In this document: piece by piece, positions 1 to 11,619 of the stretch
Layout of the letters: the number at the start of each line of letters is the position of its first letter
How positions within the stretch are numbered: the first letter of the stretch is position 1
NCBI GenBank assembly: GCA_951406725.2
Contig: OX597814.1
Span: 210,490,001-210,554,000, forward strand
Direction of reading: 5' to 3'
DNA from: Octopus vulgaris
Taxonomy: Eukaryota
DNA length: 64,000 nt
Notes under the pieces: model-generated
Databases searched by the model: none
What the model was told of the DNA's origin: nothing
The model's input: only the letters and a program-made list of their open reading frames with translations
Position numbers and translations under genes: made by a program

Positions 1-394
1 TACAGATATAAGGGCAAGGATAACAATGAAGAACCTCAGAAAGATGATGGTAAACAATTAGAGATTAAAACTAATTATTTAGATGAATAAAATTTATTAT
101 AAGACATTTTGAAGGAGTAGAAGAAGGAATAAATTTAGAAAAAAAATAAAATTAACTCATATTGTAGGAATATATGTAAATATATTATCCGGCAATGTAT
201 GTGTAGATGTCTATAGATTTCTTAGACGAAATAGCCAAGATGTAGAAAAGGCTGAATGTGAGCGGGGAAAGACACATACCGTAAGGTCATGTGAAAATAA
301 AAAAGAAGATAGAAACTGAAAGGGAGGTTGAGATGGAGAATGGGAGTGAGAGAATCAGATTGTGTTAAGTGATGTAGAATAGAAAGGGACATAT

Positions 395-570
395 TCTTTT
401 ACTGTTTTACTCTATTACTTGTTTCAGTCATTTGACTGAGGCCATGCTGGAGCACCTCATTTAGTCGGGCACATCGACCAGAGGACTTATTCTTTGTAAG
501 CCTAGTACTTATTCTATCGGTCATTTGTCGAACCGTTAGCTTACGGGGCCGTAAACGCATTAGCATTGTG
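395..570 (-). mobile_element. tRNA-derived SINE family A, 3' fragment
   Basis: Reverse complement of the 3' half of the full copies at 28060 and 35498 (gtttcagtcatttgactg..gccatgctggagcacc..ttattctttgtaagcctagtacttattctatcgg). Confidence 0.85.
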
Positions 571-1359
571 AATTGAATAAATGTATAGGTTCTATTACTC
601 TGGAGACTGTGGTGAGTTATGCACACTTTTCAGCTTAATACTAAATCGATAATCGTTGAATTGGGTAAACATACAGAGTTGAAATACTACAGAGTTCAAA
701 TTTGCAACTAAACGTTTGATTTCAAATTTTGGCACAAGACCAGCAATTCCGAGCGAGTGAGTAACTCGATTACATTTAAGGATAGAAAGATAAAGTACCG
801 GTCAAGTACTGCAATCTTATATCGCCTAACACCTATTACCAACTTACTGATTTAATACCAAAGTTAGGATCAATTATAATACAGGATGTGATAGTCTTAG
901 TAATAGCGGCGACAATAGTAGTAGGGGTCAGTCAGTCCGTCGGTCAATCAGTTTGTATTTATCCGGTGTCTGAGTTCCGCATATGCGAGGCTGCTTATGT
1001 ATTTATTTTGTATTGATATATTTTGGCAAAGTCTAGAGTTTGCTGGTGTAATTTTTTGGAAAAATGAGGAGACGGCCTAATACAGTAATGAAGTAAAAAT
1101 CAGAGTAAAAAGTAAGCAACTACTTCAATAAGTAAATTTCTTTATTGCTGTTCTAATAGTGAAAACTAGTTTACGACTCTACCATAGCACATTAAAGCGA
1201 TAGCTGATTCCAATAAAATCGCAGTACAGTCGTTCATTAGGAAAAAAATCGAAAATTTTAAAGTTTCAACCGTGAATGGCCCTGGTTAAAAATTAAAATA
1301 CAAATTACTAAATGCAGTAAAACCTAATGCACTATTGCATAAAAGTGTGTGTATGTATG

Positions 1360-1407
<48 letters not shown>

Positions 1408-2062
1408 GTGAGAGAGAGAAAGAGAGAGACAGACAGACAAACAAACAGACAGAAAGAGTTGTACTTATATCAATGCGGATGGAGTGACTGTATGTCATAA
1501 AAATCAGAAATGAAAGTATGCCACTATAAAATCAAATTAAGAGATACTGGATACATAAAAAAAGTTCGAGAATTTACAAAGAACATCCATTCATAAATTT
1601 TCTCACCACATTGCGTGTGAATATATCTATATGTTTTGTATATCAATGTTTGTATATGTGTATGCCTGACTCGGTGTGTCCATATGGTATGCAAGTAAAT
1701 GAAAATTTTGTTTTGAAATATTGGTGAACATTCAATTTTCATCGTTTAATCAATTACTATTCGACATAGGGTATGATGTGTTACATTTTATTGTGGTTGA
1801 TTAATTTTGTAAAGATTATTTAAGAGAGCAAGTAGTAGTAATGTCCCCATTGATTACAAGTATATGGCAAGAGAGTTATTAACATTAAAGCATTTATTAA
1901 AGCTATTAGTGCTTTTGTAATTGATACAGTTGTACAGTTGGAGAAAGTTATTATTTTTACGTTTAGGATCATTTTCTTTCTTTTTTTCTTGTTACACCAA
2001 ATATTAATTTTCAAACCAAGGCACACGCATAAATACATGAGTATAACATATATATATATATA

Positions 2063-2345
2063 TCACGTGATCACGTGACCGATCAGTCCATCAGATGTAG
2101 TTACACATCGCTGGTCACAATGCGTTTGCATTGTTTTAGCCTTCGAATGGCGCCACCCCGCTAGCTAAGTGAGCAGGCCAACAGAAGAAAGAGTGGTGAA
2201 AGGGTACAGCAGGGATCACCACCCCTTGCCGGAGCCTCGTGGAGCTTTTTTAGGTGTTTTCTCTCAATAAACACTCACAATGACCGGTCTGGGAATCGAA
2301 ACCACGATCCTACGACCGCGAGTCCGCTGCGCTAACCATTGCGCC
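2063..2345 (-). mobile_element. tRNA-derived SINE (third family)
   Basis: Minus strand begins GGCGCAATGGTTAGCGCAGCGGACTCGCGGTCGTAGGATCGTGGTTTCGATTCCCAGACCGG, with A-box and B-box-like motifs, followed by a non-tRNA body ending at (TA)n. Confidence 0.75.
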
Positions 2346-2555
2346 GAACTCGTCTGTACCACTAGCGATCGATTTTTTCCCCCTGTCTTCCCTTCTCGGG
2401 ATCTTTCCCTCTCCTATGTTTCCGACGAAGAGCTCCACTCGAAACGTCAAACCCTCCTTCTTCCCTTCTTTCCTGAGCGTCCAATAATACTTTATTTGTT
2501 CCACGTCCTTGCGTTGTTGTTTTTTTTGTTTTTGTTTTCTTGTTTGGATTAACTT

Positions 2556-2556
<1 letters not shown>
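2346..2556 (+). mobile_element. PLE pLTR-like repeat with minimal hammerhead variant (2418-2452)
   Basis: gttt-CCGACGA-a-gag-ctcca-ctc-GAAA-CG-TC-aaac. Homologous copies at 21142-21345, 4183-4240 (minus), 49893-49975 and 52049-52132, all next to (TA)n. Confidence 0.65.
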
Positions 2557-2601
<45 letters not shown>

Positions 2602-2602
2602 G

Positions 2603-2655
<53 letters not shown>

Positions 2656-3058
2656 TATAGATAGAGATATGTATATATATATATATATATATATAGGTAG
2701 ATAGATAGATAGATAGATATAGATATGTATATATACGTATATTAAATACCTAAATATATATACGTATATATATATATATATATAATTAATTAATAAGGGT
2801 GAGAGAATTAGATACTAATTTAATAGTATATCTATTCAACACCAAGTGGCCTAGTGCTCCGAGAAACCTGGATTATTATAATATTTTATAATATATTATA
2901 ATATTTTTACAAAATAAATATAAGAGAGTGGTCACTATATGGCTCACTCTAGCACCAGTTAATCCAAAAGGTTTCAACCACAAAAATACATGTTTCCCAT
3001 GAAAGTCAGTACGATTGTTAGCTCACACGGACAGGGCAAATAAAAAATAACAAAAATA

Positions 3059-3154
3059 CAGATTATTTTGGGACAATTGTTTCGCTATTAATGAATTAAA
3101 TGTAATTTTACTTACAAAAAAATCCACTTGTAGCTCGTCAGCCAAAACTATCTG
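3059..3154 (-). ncRNA. Type I hammerhead ribozyme motif (inverted copy)
   Basis: Reverse complement of 3792-3887. Confidence 0.8.
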
Positions 3155-3791
3155 GATGAAATCCACTCAATCACACGCCAGATTTTACCATAACGATAAA
3201 TACGCGTGTGGTTCAATTGATTACATCCGACGTTATAATTCAAATTATAATTCAAATTATAATTATAATTACATCCGACGTTATAATTCAAATTTAATTC
3301 ATTTAATTCATTTAATTCATTAATAGCGAAACAATTGTCCCAAAATAATCTGTATTTTTGTTATTTTTTATTTGCCCTGTCCGTGTGAGCTAACAATCGT
3401 ACTGACTTTCATGGGAAACATGTATTTTTGTGGTTGAAACCTTTTGGATTAACTGGTGCTAGAGTGAGCCATATAGTGACCACTCTCTTATATTTATTTT
3501 GTAAAAATATTATAATATATTATAAAATAGTATAATAATCCAGGTTTCTCGGAGCACTAGGCCACTTGGTGTTGAATAGATATACTATTAAATTAGTATC
3601 TAATTCTCTCACCCTTATTAATTAATTATAATTATGCTGCATTTATTTCTAAATGCAGTATTTGTTTTCCGTGAGAGTTTGGCGCGCTGTTAGTTGGGGC
3701 ATTTGAATTATAACGTCGGATGTAATCAATTGAACCACACGCGTATTTATCGTTATGGTAAAATCTGGCGTGTGATTGAGTGGATTTCATC

Positions 3792-3887
3792 CAGATAGTT
3801 TTGGCTGACGAGCTACAAGTGGATTTTTTTGTAAGTAAAATTACATTTAATTCATTAATAGCGAAACAATTGTCCCAAAATAATCTG
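3792..3887 (+). ncRNA. Type I hammerhead ribozyme motif
   Basis: ttttgg-CTGACGA-gcta...tagc-GAAA-caattg-TC-ccaaaa: intact core, stems I and II pair, palindromic stem III, GUC cleavage triplet, distal cagat/atctg pairing. Confidence 0.85.
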
Positions 3888-4034
3888 TATTTTTGTTATT
3901 TTTTATTTGCCCTGTCCGTGTGAGCTAACAATCGTACTGACTTTCATGGGAAACATGTATTTTTGTGGTTGAAACCTTTTGGATTAACTGGTGCTAGAGT
4001 GAGCCATATAGTGACCACTCTCTTATATTTATTT

Positions 4035-4101
<67 letters not shown>

Positions 4102-4256
4102 CAGGAATCAGACCCGTATGCTTGCGGGTCGGCCCCGGCTGGATAGTCACGCTCTAGGTGACCGTCGCACCCCAAGGGGGTCAGAAACATAGGAGAAGAT
4201 GGAGGAAAAAATATCGCCAACGGTACACACACGGTCACATTTTGTAAGTATATATG

Positions 4257-4333
<77 letters not shown>

Positions 4334-4509
4334 GTCAATGTGACAATTATGTAAAAAAATTTTTTGAATTCATAATATTCTATGTTACTTTTGACAATCT
4401 TTTTCCAAAGAGTGAAACCGGTTAAGTAAATAAACATCTTTTAAATTGCATTTTCAAACCTTCTTTCGTATATAATTCCACTCGTGCGATACCCCACAAC
4501 TCAACTTTG

Positions 4510-4566
<57 letters not shown>

Positions 4567-4732
4567 TATAGATTTATAGATAGATAGAAATAGATATATA
4601 TGCTTGCATATATATATATATATATATATACAATATATAAATAAGTATTAAGGAATGGATATTTAACACTTCTGAGGTTCTGCTCATTATGAAACCGATG
4701 TAGTCCGGATCTCATATTCACCTTCCCTTAAC

Positions 4733-4905
4733 TTGTATTCTCATTCACATACCCAGCAAACCTGGTCGCCTACCGAGTACTATAAAAAAAACTTCTTTCA
4801 ATTTAAGATACTTCGATATGAAACATCCACAACCTTACGTTTCAGTAAACCGCTATTGTCCCTGAAAGTTGTTTTTAATTTTTTGTACGATCCTTGGATC
4901 TTATG

Positions 4906-4941
<36 letters not shown>

Positions 4942-4945
4942 TATA

Positions 4946-5016
<71 letters not shown>

Positions 5017-5170
5017 TTACGATTTTTCGCTGTGGTCAGGGATAGTCTGCAACGTGATATTAAAAGCAAAGCGATGTCTGTGTCTGAAATTTTCTAAGGT
5101 ATATAAGTACTTACCGCTGAACTATTCTCATTCTCTAAAGAAAGTATGCATTTGCCTCAAAACATGACCT
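4733..5170 (+). pseudogene. Degenerate Penelope-type GIY-YIG endonuclease C-terminus split by (TA)n
   Basis: KNFFQFKILRYETSTTL ... W ... AKRCLCLK ... LN ... C resembles the recalled PLE C-terminal pattern (H..SF...Y...T.LS / KRCxLCL.EK / LNKRSEL..KC). Confidence 0.4.
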
Positions 5171-5551
5171 CTTCTACAATACTGGATTCAAACGATGTCG
5201 TAATCTTACACTAAAATTTTGCGTGCCCTAAAGACTATGGATTTCTCATTCCCAGCAGGTGGCTTACCATTATTATATTGACTTTATTCCCTATTTAACA
5301 TGTATTGCGTATTTTGCTATTTGAATTCCAATGAAAATCATAGACCTTATCAACCAGGATTGGTGGAGTGACCATGAAATAGGTTGCGCTGGGTATACTG
5401 TTACCTGCAGGAGTAAGAGTAACTTAGCATAGCTATGTACATGCATGCATATATAGACACATGCAAACATTCACCTCACACATACGCGCACACGCACGCA
5501 CACACACAATATATATACTGACGTATATGTGTATATATGTATATATATTTG

Positions 5552-5820
5552 TTGCACTTCCAGAAGGGAAGGGTCTTCCTTTGATTCTGACATGCAATGT
5601 CTGTGCAAGACCCTGCCTCAGTAAAGCTGGACTCATGAGTCATCTTCGTAGTCATAAAACGAGACAGATGAGTGACAACCTGGCCATTGGTGGTGGCGTA
5701 ACACACCATACTAATCATATCTGTCGGGCATGTGGAAGAGAGTGTAATTCGGCAGGAGGACTTAAACGACATGGAAAGGTACATGAAGCCCAGTTACAAC
5801 TACAGCCGGCTGTTACCAGT
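5552..5820 (+). mobile_element. Two C2H2 zinc fingers, probably the 3' end of an RTE-clade LINE ORF
   Basis: CNVCARPCLSKAGLMSHLRSH and CRACGRECNSAGGLKRHGKVH, with no TGEKP linker. Similar fingers follow the RT tail in the RTE remnant at 21.9-22.7 kb. Confidence 0.6.
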
Positions 5821-6927
5821 AAAGTATATATATTAGTTGCCGCGATGTTAGTAATGTTAATATTTGGTATAGTCTTAGTGACATAGAGATCTTATGACTT
5901 AAGATTTTGCAAGTCCGTTTTGCGACTACTAAGAGAAAAGCACGGGCAAATATTGTTGACATCGTTGGGAGGCAAGGTGTTAAAAGGCTGATAATATAAT
6001 AAGGGAAAGTGACACTGCAATGAAGACAATTTCTTCTCTCCACAACGAAATTGAATTTAAAACCTGAGTGTATTTTCTATTTCTTCCCACCGGCTTTTAC
6101 GAAAGTATTGTAATATCGTTAAGTCAATTTTACGATATACACCCTTCGTTTAACTACTCTTTGGAGTCAGATCAAACAATATCAATATTGTGATCATTGG
6201 CGTATTATTTAGCAAATAAACTTAACTACTAGACGAAATCATTTAAACAAAGAGAGTTGTCCGTGTACTTCACTTTTCCTTTACACACCATTGATTCAGT
6301 CAAGTGTTTATCTATAATGATTATTTCTTGTACAATTTAGAATACTCATCAGCTATATAAGGGGTGGTTGTTTTGTTGATTATAGTGGAGCAGTCGGTGA
6401 GTTTCTGGTGGTCGTTGAAACCTTAGAGGTCGAAAAAAGTGGCAGAAATGTCATAGGTAGATCTCAGAGTGGAATGGAATGACACAACAAAATGTTAGTC
6501 TCATTCTAGCAACAACAATTATCTAAATAATAAATTTTTAGCATTAATGCAGTGTAAGTTTCACGAAAAGCATTGTGTATCACAGTGGCTTTTTTTGTCA
6601 ATCTTTCAATAAGGAGAGAAAATTCGACACCAGTCGGACGTGAACTAGGAATCTAAAATGACAGCAAGTTAATACAAGTTTTTTTTTTTTTTCTGAGGCG
6701 CCTGTGTAAAAATAAGTATTGATATGACAACAGAACAAATATTGCCTCTAATTCTAGGCTCGATTATCTATCTCTTACCAACTTCGAAGCTTATAAAATT
6801 TCCGTTGACACTTATGTCTCTCAACACTGGTTTTGGATTGTAAAATTGCGAATTGGCCACCATTATTATTTACACACACACACACAAATGTATATTTACA
6901 TAGACATATGTATATTTGATATATATA

Positions 6928-7230
6928 AGGCACAAGAGTAACTGTGTGGTTAGAAGCTTGCTTCCCAACAGAATGGTTCAGTCTCATTGCATGGGACCGA
7001 TGTTGGTGTGCTTACGTCTCCATAACTTTGTGGTTCGGCAAAAGAAACCCATAGAATTTATTCTAGCTTGTCTAGCTATAATATACAAGAGCGGAAGAAT
7101 TCCGAAGATTAATGTCATTGTGAATTAATTCTATAGGTCTCTTTCACCGAACCGCTAAGTCACGGGGACATAAACACACCACCATCGGTTGTCAAGCGAC
7201 GTTGGGGGGACAAACACAGAAACACAAACA
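6928..7230. mobile_element. SINE family A fragments: internally deleted plus copy (6928-7058) and minus fragment (7128-7230)
   Basis: Head (..ctgtgtggttagaagcttgc) and body (ggttcggcaaaaga; ccgaaccgctaagtcacggggac) match the full copies. Confidence 0.7.
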
Positions 7231-8047
7231 CACACACAATACAGCTAAAATTAAGTTTAGTCATGCAGGACTAATGTTCACAGGTCTTTAATATTGGGTA
7301 GGGAGCTAAAATTGTATATCTCGACTACCCGTTTTATTATAAATACAGTTAATCTCTCACGTATGAGTATTATTTTTGTTGTAAGATCAGATGCATTTAC
7401 GTTGCTTCAAAGGAATATATTATGATTGCATATACGATGAAAATAGCTGCGTGGCTTTCAACGCGGTCCTCTAACATATACAAGAACAAAGTAAATAGAT
7501 ATAGATATTAAGGAGATGAGATATACATAACGTTGGAATGATACATTTCTATAAATCTAATTGTCAAACATGGAAGAATGTGGCTGCATTTTTATAGATG
7601 CTTTCATCATGTGAACGAATATATGACGAAATATATATAATGTTATTATTATATCACTTATACACGCAGAACTAGATTTATCTCTTCTCCATCGTGCATT
7701 GTATTGGTATTAAACGTATTTCGTTACAGACAAGCTGCTTTAAGATATGTCAGAATATTTTGTCTGATATATATTACTCAGAAGCATACTTATATTACCA
7801 TATCAGTAAGATTACTAATAACTACAATTCAAGTTTATCTCGCGGGCACCGACCCCAACAGATAAATTGTTCTTCTTTTCTCCCTGTACAGATTATTACA
7901 AGGTCAGTCTGTAGCATCTGGGGAAGAAAACGTAGCTGGAAGCTAGTTCTCTGCCGTTATTCTTCGTCAATTAGCCAATCCCTACTGCTTATGTAGTATG
8001 TATTTATATAGTTACATATATTCATATATTTAGACACACACACACAT

Positions 8048-8078
<31 letters not shown>

Positions 8079-8237
8079 AATACTCACACACACACATACA
8101 TGTGTGAGTATGTGTATGTGAGTATTCATATATAAATGCATACACATGCATTCTTTATTCTTCTATGTGCTTCAGTCGTTATACTGCGTCCATACACGAG
8201 TTCACTTTGAAGGCATTAGTAGATGAAATGGAACCCG

Positions 8238-8300
<63 letters not shown>

Positions 8301-8342
8301 ATACTACTACTAGTAATAATGATAATAATGATGATAATGATG

Positions 8343-8423
<81 letters not shown>
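8238..8423 (+). repeat. (TAC)n then (TAA)n compound microsatellite
   Basis: Read directly. Confidence 0.95.
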
Positions 8424-8424
<1 letters not shown>

Positions 8425-8426
<2 letters not shown>

Positions 8427-8625
8427 TGATTAAAAAATATTCAGACAAATACATAACAAAAAAAAAACAGGACTTACAAACACATATAACATAAATAAAA
8501 TTGCTCTACTAGGCACTACACACATCCTACGCAGAACACTTTCCATACAATAACCATCACAACAAATCACAGCACATACCCAAGGCACACAGAGTACGCT
8601 ATAAAAATAAAACTACTGAATGATA
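8425..8625 (+). mobile_element. R4/Dong-like LINE extreme 3' end in (TAA)n
   Basis: MIKKYSDKYITK ... KIALLGTTHILRRTLSIQ* plus 3' UTR, homologous to 47462-47700 (minus). TAA repeats on both sides. Confidence 0.8.
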
Positions 8626-8827
8626 ATAATAATAATAATAATAATACTGTTCTGGTTGTTGTTTTTGTCATTGTTATTGTTGTAAATAAACACAAACACC
8701 TATTGCCCAAGCAGAAGTGATACTACAAACATAAATACGCGCGCACACTGATACATTCATGCATGCATATATTCCTACATATATGCACATATACATAACT
8801 GCATAAATACATATGGACATGCATACA

Positions 8828-8882
<55 letters not shown>

Positions 8883-9161
8883 ACATTTATATTTGTCAAA
8901 ATATATATATATGATAGTCCGTGCTGCATCTCTTACGGCAGTGACATTGTTTTTAATAGCCACAGGGATGAGATGCAGCACGGACTTTGTCAGTGAACAG
9001 GTCGCGGATTTTAGCGACGAAAATATTTTGACAAATTAAACTTAAATGTTATCGAACGGCTTTTGTGTGTTTCTTAAATGGCTTATACCTCCACGCTGCA
9101 ATTGTTTTCGTTTCAGCACACGATCTCAGATCAAATTACTTGCTATGCGAGTACATCTCCG

Positions 9162-9236
<75 letters not shown>

Positions 9237-9475
9237 GCCCATCCTTAGTTCTTTTATCCCTCTGCCTTTACCTCTCTCTCTTCTCTCCCCACTTGACCAG
9301 TGTTCGACCAGGCCTGACTTTTCTTTCATGGCTCGACTACCATCCGTGCAACATCTATATCCCTCCCTGTGGCTATTAAAAACAATGTCACTGCCATAAG
9401 GCTTTACTGCCTCATACGCCAGCATTAATTTAATTCGTCCTTAGTAGAAAGACACCTGTTGTTATGTCCTGTTAA

Positions 9476-9755
9476 TTATTCTCCCGACCTTGCTCCTTCA
9501 GACAACCATTTGTTTCGTAGTTTACACAATCATTTGTAGGACATAACTTTCGCAAGCCAGGAGGAGGACGAAACTGACATTTCAGAGTTCTTCGCTTTGA
9601 AACCAAATGATGGGATTAAAAAACTTGTAAATAGATGGACAGAAGTCAGATAATCAAGGAAAGTACATTGATGATTACATTTCAATTAAATATAACATTC
9701 GATCACTTGTTTTCTTTATTCAAAATTCGGACAGAACTTATGGGATGACCTGATA
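9476..9755 (+). mobile_element. mariner (DD34D) transposase 3' remnant with right TIR
   Basis: YSPDLAPSDNHLFRSLHNHL signature, later GIKKLVNRW; ends in cggacagaacttatgggatgacctga-TA. Confidence 0.85.
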
Positions 9756-9774
9756 TATATACATATATATATAT

Positions 9775-10630
9775 GAAGATATTCAGTATTTCTCATACTG
9801 AATGGGTAGGGGCCAATTTTTACTCCCAGCCATCAAGGACAAGAGGAAAGACATCCCTTAGAACCTCTTGAAAAAAATCAAACATACCCTCTAACCGAAC
9901 TGCTTTGGTTTTTCTCAGATGAGAAAAATTTCTGCCTGGATCAAATGGTTAACACACAGAACAACCAATCGCTTACTGAGTCCCCAAAACATGTACCGAC
10001 AGTGATAAAAATCAAACATTCAGTCAACATCATGGTGTTTGGAGTGATCACTACTGATTGTGACGTTATGCTTCCATTCATCCTCCCACACGGTCTCATA
10101 CTCAACATGGAGGTCTACATCAAGTTCCGACAGGAGGTAGTACTGATCTAGGCCAAGAAGGTGGCTGCTGTAGGACCCTATGTCTAGCAACAACATTCTG
10201 CACCATGCCACACAAGGAAATGAACCTAGTATTGGTTGTCAGACAATTTCTGCGACAACTTCACACCTAACTTCTGGTCACCTAAATCCTCATCCTGCAA
10301 CACCATTGATTATTATGCGTGGGACACAGTTCAGCGAGAGCCCAACAAAACTGAACTGAAGGCAAGTATTATGGCAGCATAATACTGAAGATGAACTGAA
10401 GGCAAGTATTATGGCAGCATTCACTATCTTTAAAAAGGAGAGCGTCCAGAAGAGGTGGAGGAGATTCTGAAGTCGTCTGGAAGCCGTGGCTGAATTCAAT
10501 GGGGATTTTATTGAACAAATTTACTCTTTAGTATTGCAATGTATTATGTTATTTTGGTAAATGTATCTGTTAAAATGAGATGTTAATGTTTTATTTATTT
10601 CTGCGTAATTTAGACGACCGCAACTTGCAT
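9775..10630 (+). mobile_element. Tc1/mariner-superfamily (maT/DD37D-like) transposase pseudogene
   Basis: WFFSDEKNF, IMVFGVIT..VMLPFILPHGL, QQHSAPCH and FWSPKS..NTIDYYAW motifs with stop codons; internal duplication of about 29 bp at 10352-10420. Confidence 0.85.
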
Positions 10631-11275
10631 ATATATTTACTGATGTATGTATATGGAATCGTGTTTCTGTTTGTATGTATACTCAGAAAAGACAGAGATA
10701 GTGGGGAAAGAGAGATAATGAAAATGTGTGATAGAGATGTAGAGGAAGTGGATGTGATACGGATAGGTAACGGCTTGTGTTAGCGAAAAAATTGCGCAAA
10801 ATATTGAGTGTGAATATTTTATTCATGAATCAAATTATTCTCTTTTGCGATTCAGATTGTTCGAATGATTAAAGAGGGGCAAGTTATTTGACAATATCAG
10901 AGCAAATATAAAGACAAACATAAGAATATATGATTAATTGAAACTTTGGTGATATGGTGATGAACACAGAACATGCGTTTTTCACATACACATGAAAACA
11001 TCACTTGCCACTAGAGATGGTAGAGAATGTATGAAAATGAAAGCCGTACCCTATTTCTCGTCATCGCATAGGAATTTCATGCAGTTTTTAGTTATCTTAC
11101 GTGTTTTAACATTCTCCACGTACCTTGTCACAACACGATCGTCCATGAAGTTTTAAAGTAAAGAATGAGTGAATGTATGTACTAACAGTTATTAAGCTTC
11201 ATCTACCAATAACACAGAACATTGCTTTTCTATGCGTCCTTGTGCGTGTGTGTATATACATTTTTTTGTAACATG

Positions 11276-11333
<58 letters not shown>

Positions 11334-11472
11334 TGAGTGTGTTAAATTGTAAGGCACTAAAAGAGAATGACTCTCCTCATACGCAAAAGAATATGTTTCA
11401 ACTAAGATAAAGAATCTTACAAACCGAATCCGAAAACGAAATATATGCATTATATATATATATATACATACA

Positions 11473-11517
<45 letters not shown>

Positions 11518-11573
11518 ATATTTATTTATGTATGTATATATATATGTATGTATGTATATGATGTATATATGTA

Positions 11574-11619
<46 letters not shown>

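Larger units (their letters stand above)
2781..4035. mobile_element. Penelope-like pLTR structure with tandem and inverted copies
   Basis: 3311-3630 is the near-perfect reverse complement of 2781-3100, and 3701-4035 is the reverse complement of 2911-3245. Contains hammerheads and is flanked by (TA)n on both sides. Confidence 0.85.

Noticed and set aside
2285-2345. tRNA gene on the minus strand
   Set aside because: The acceptor stem does not close and the sequence continues into a repeat body, so it is a SINE head.
9385-9425. Hammerhead-like relic (also near 4668, 5330 and 12520)
   Set aside because: Too many core changes to distinguish from chance by eye.
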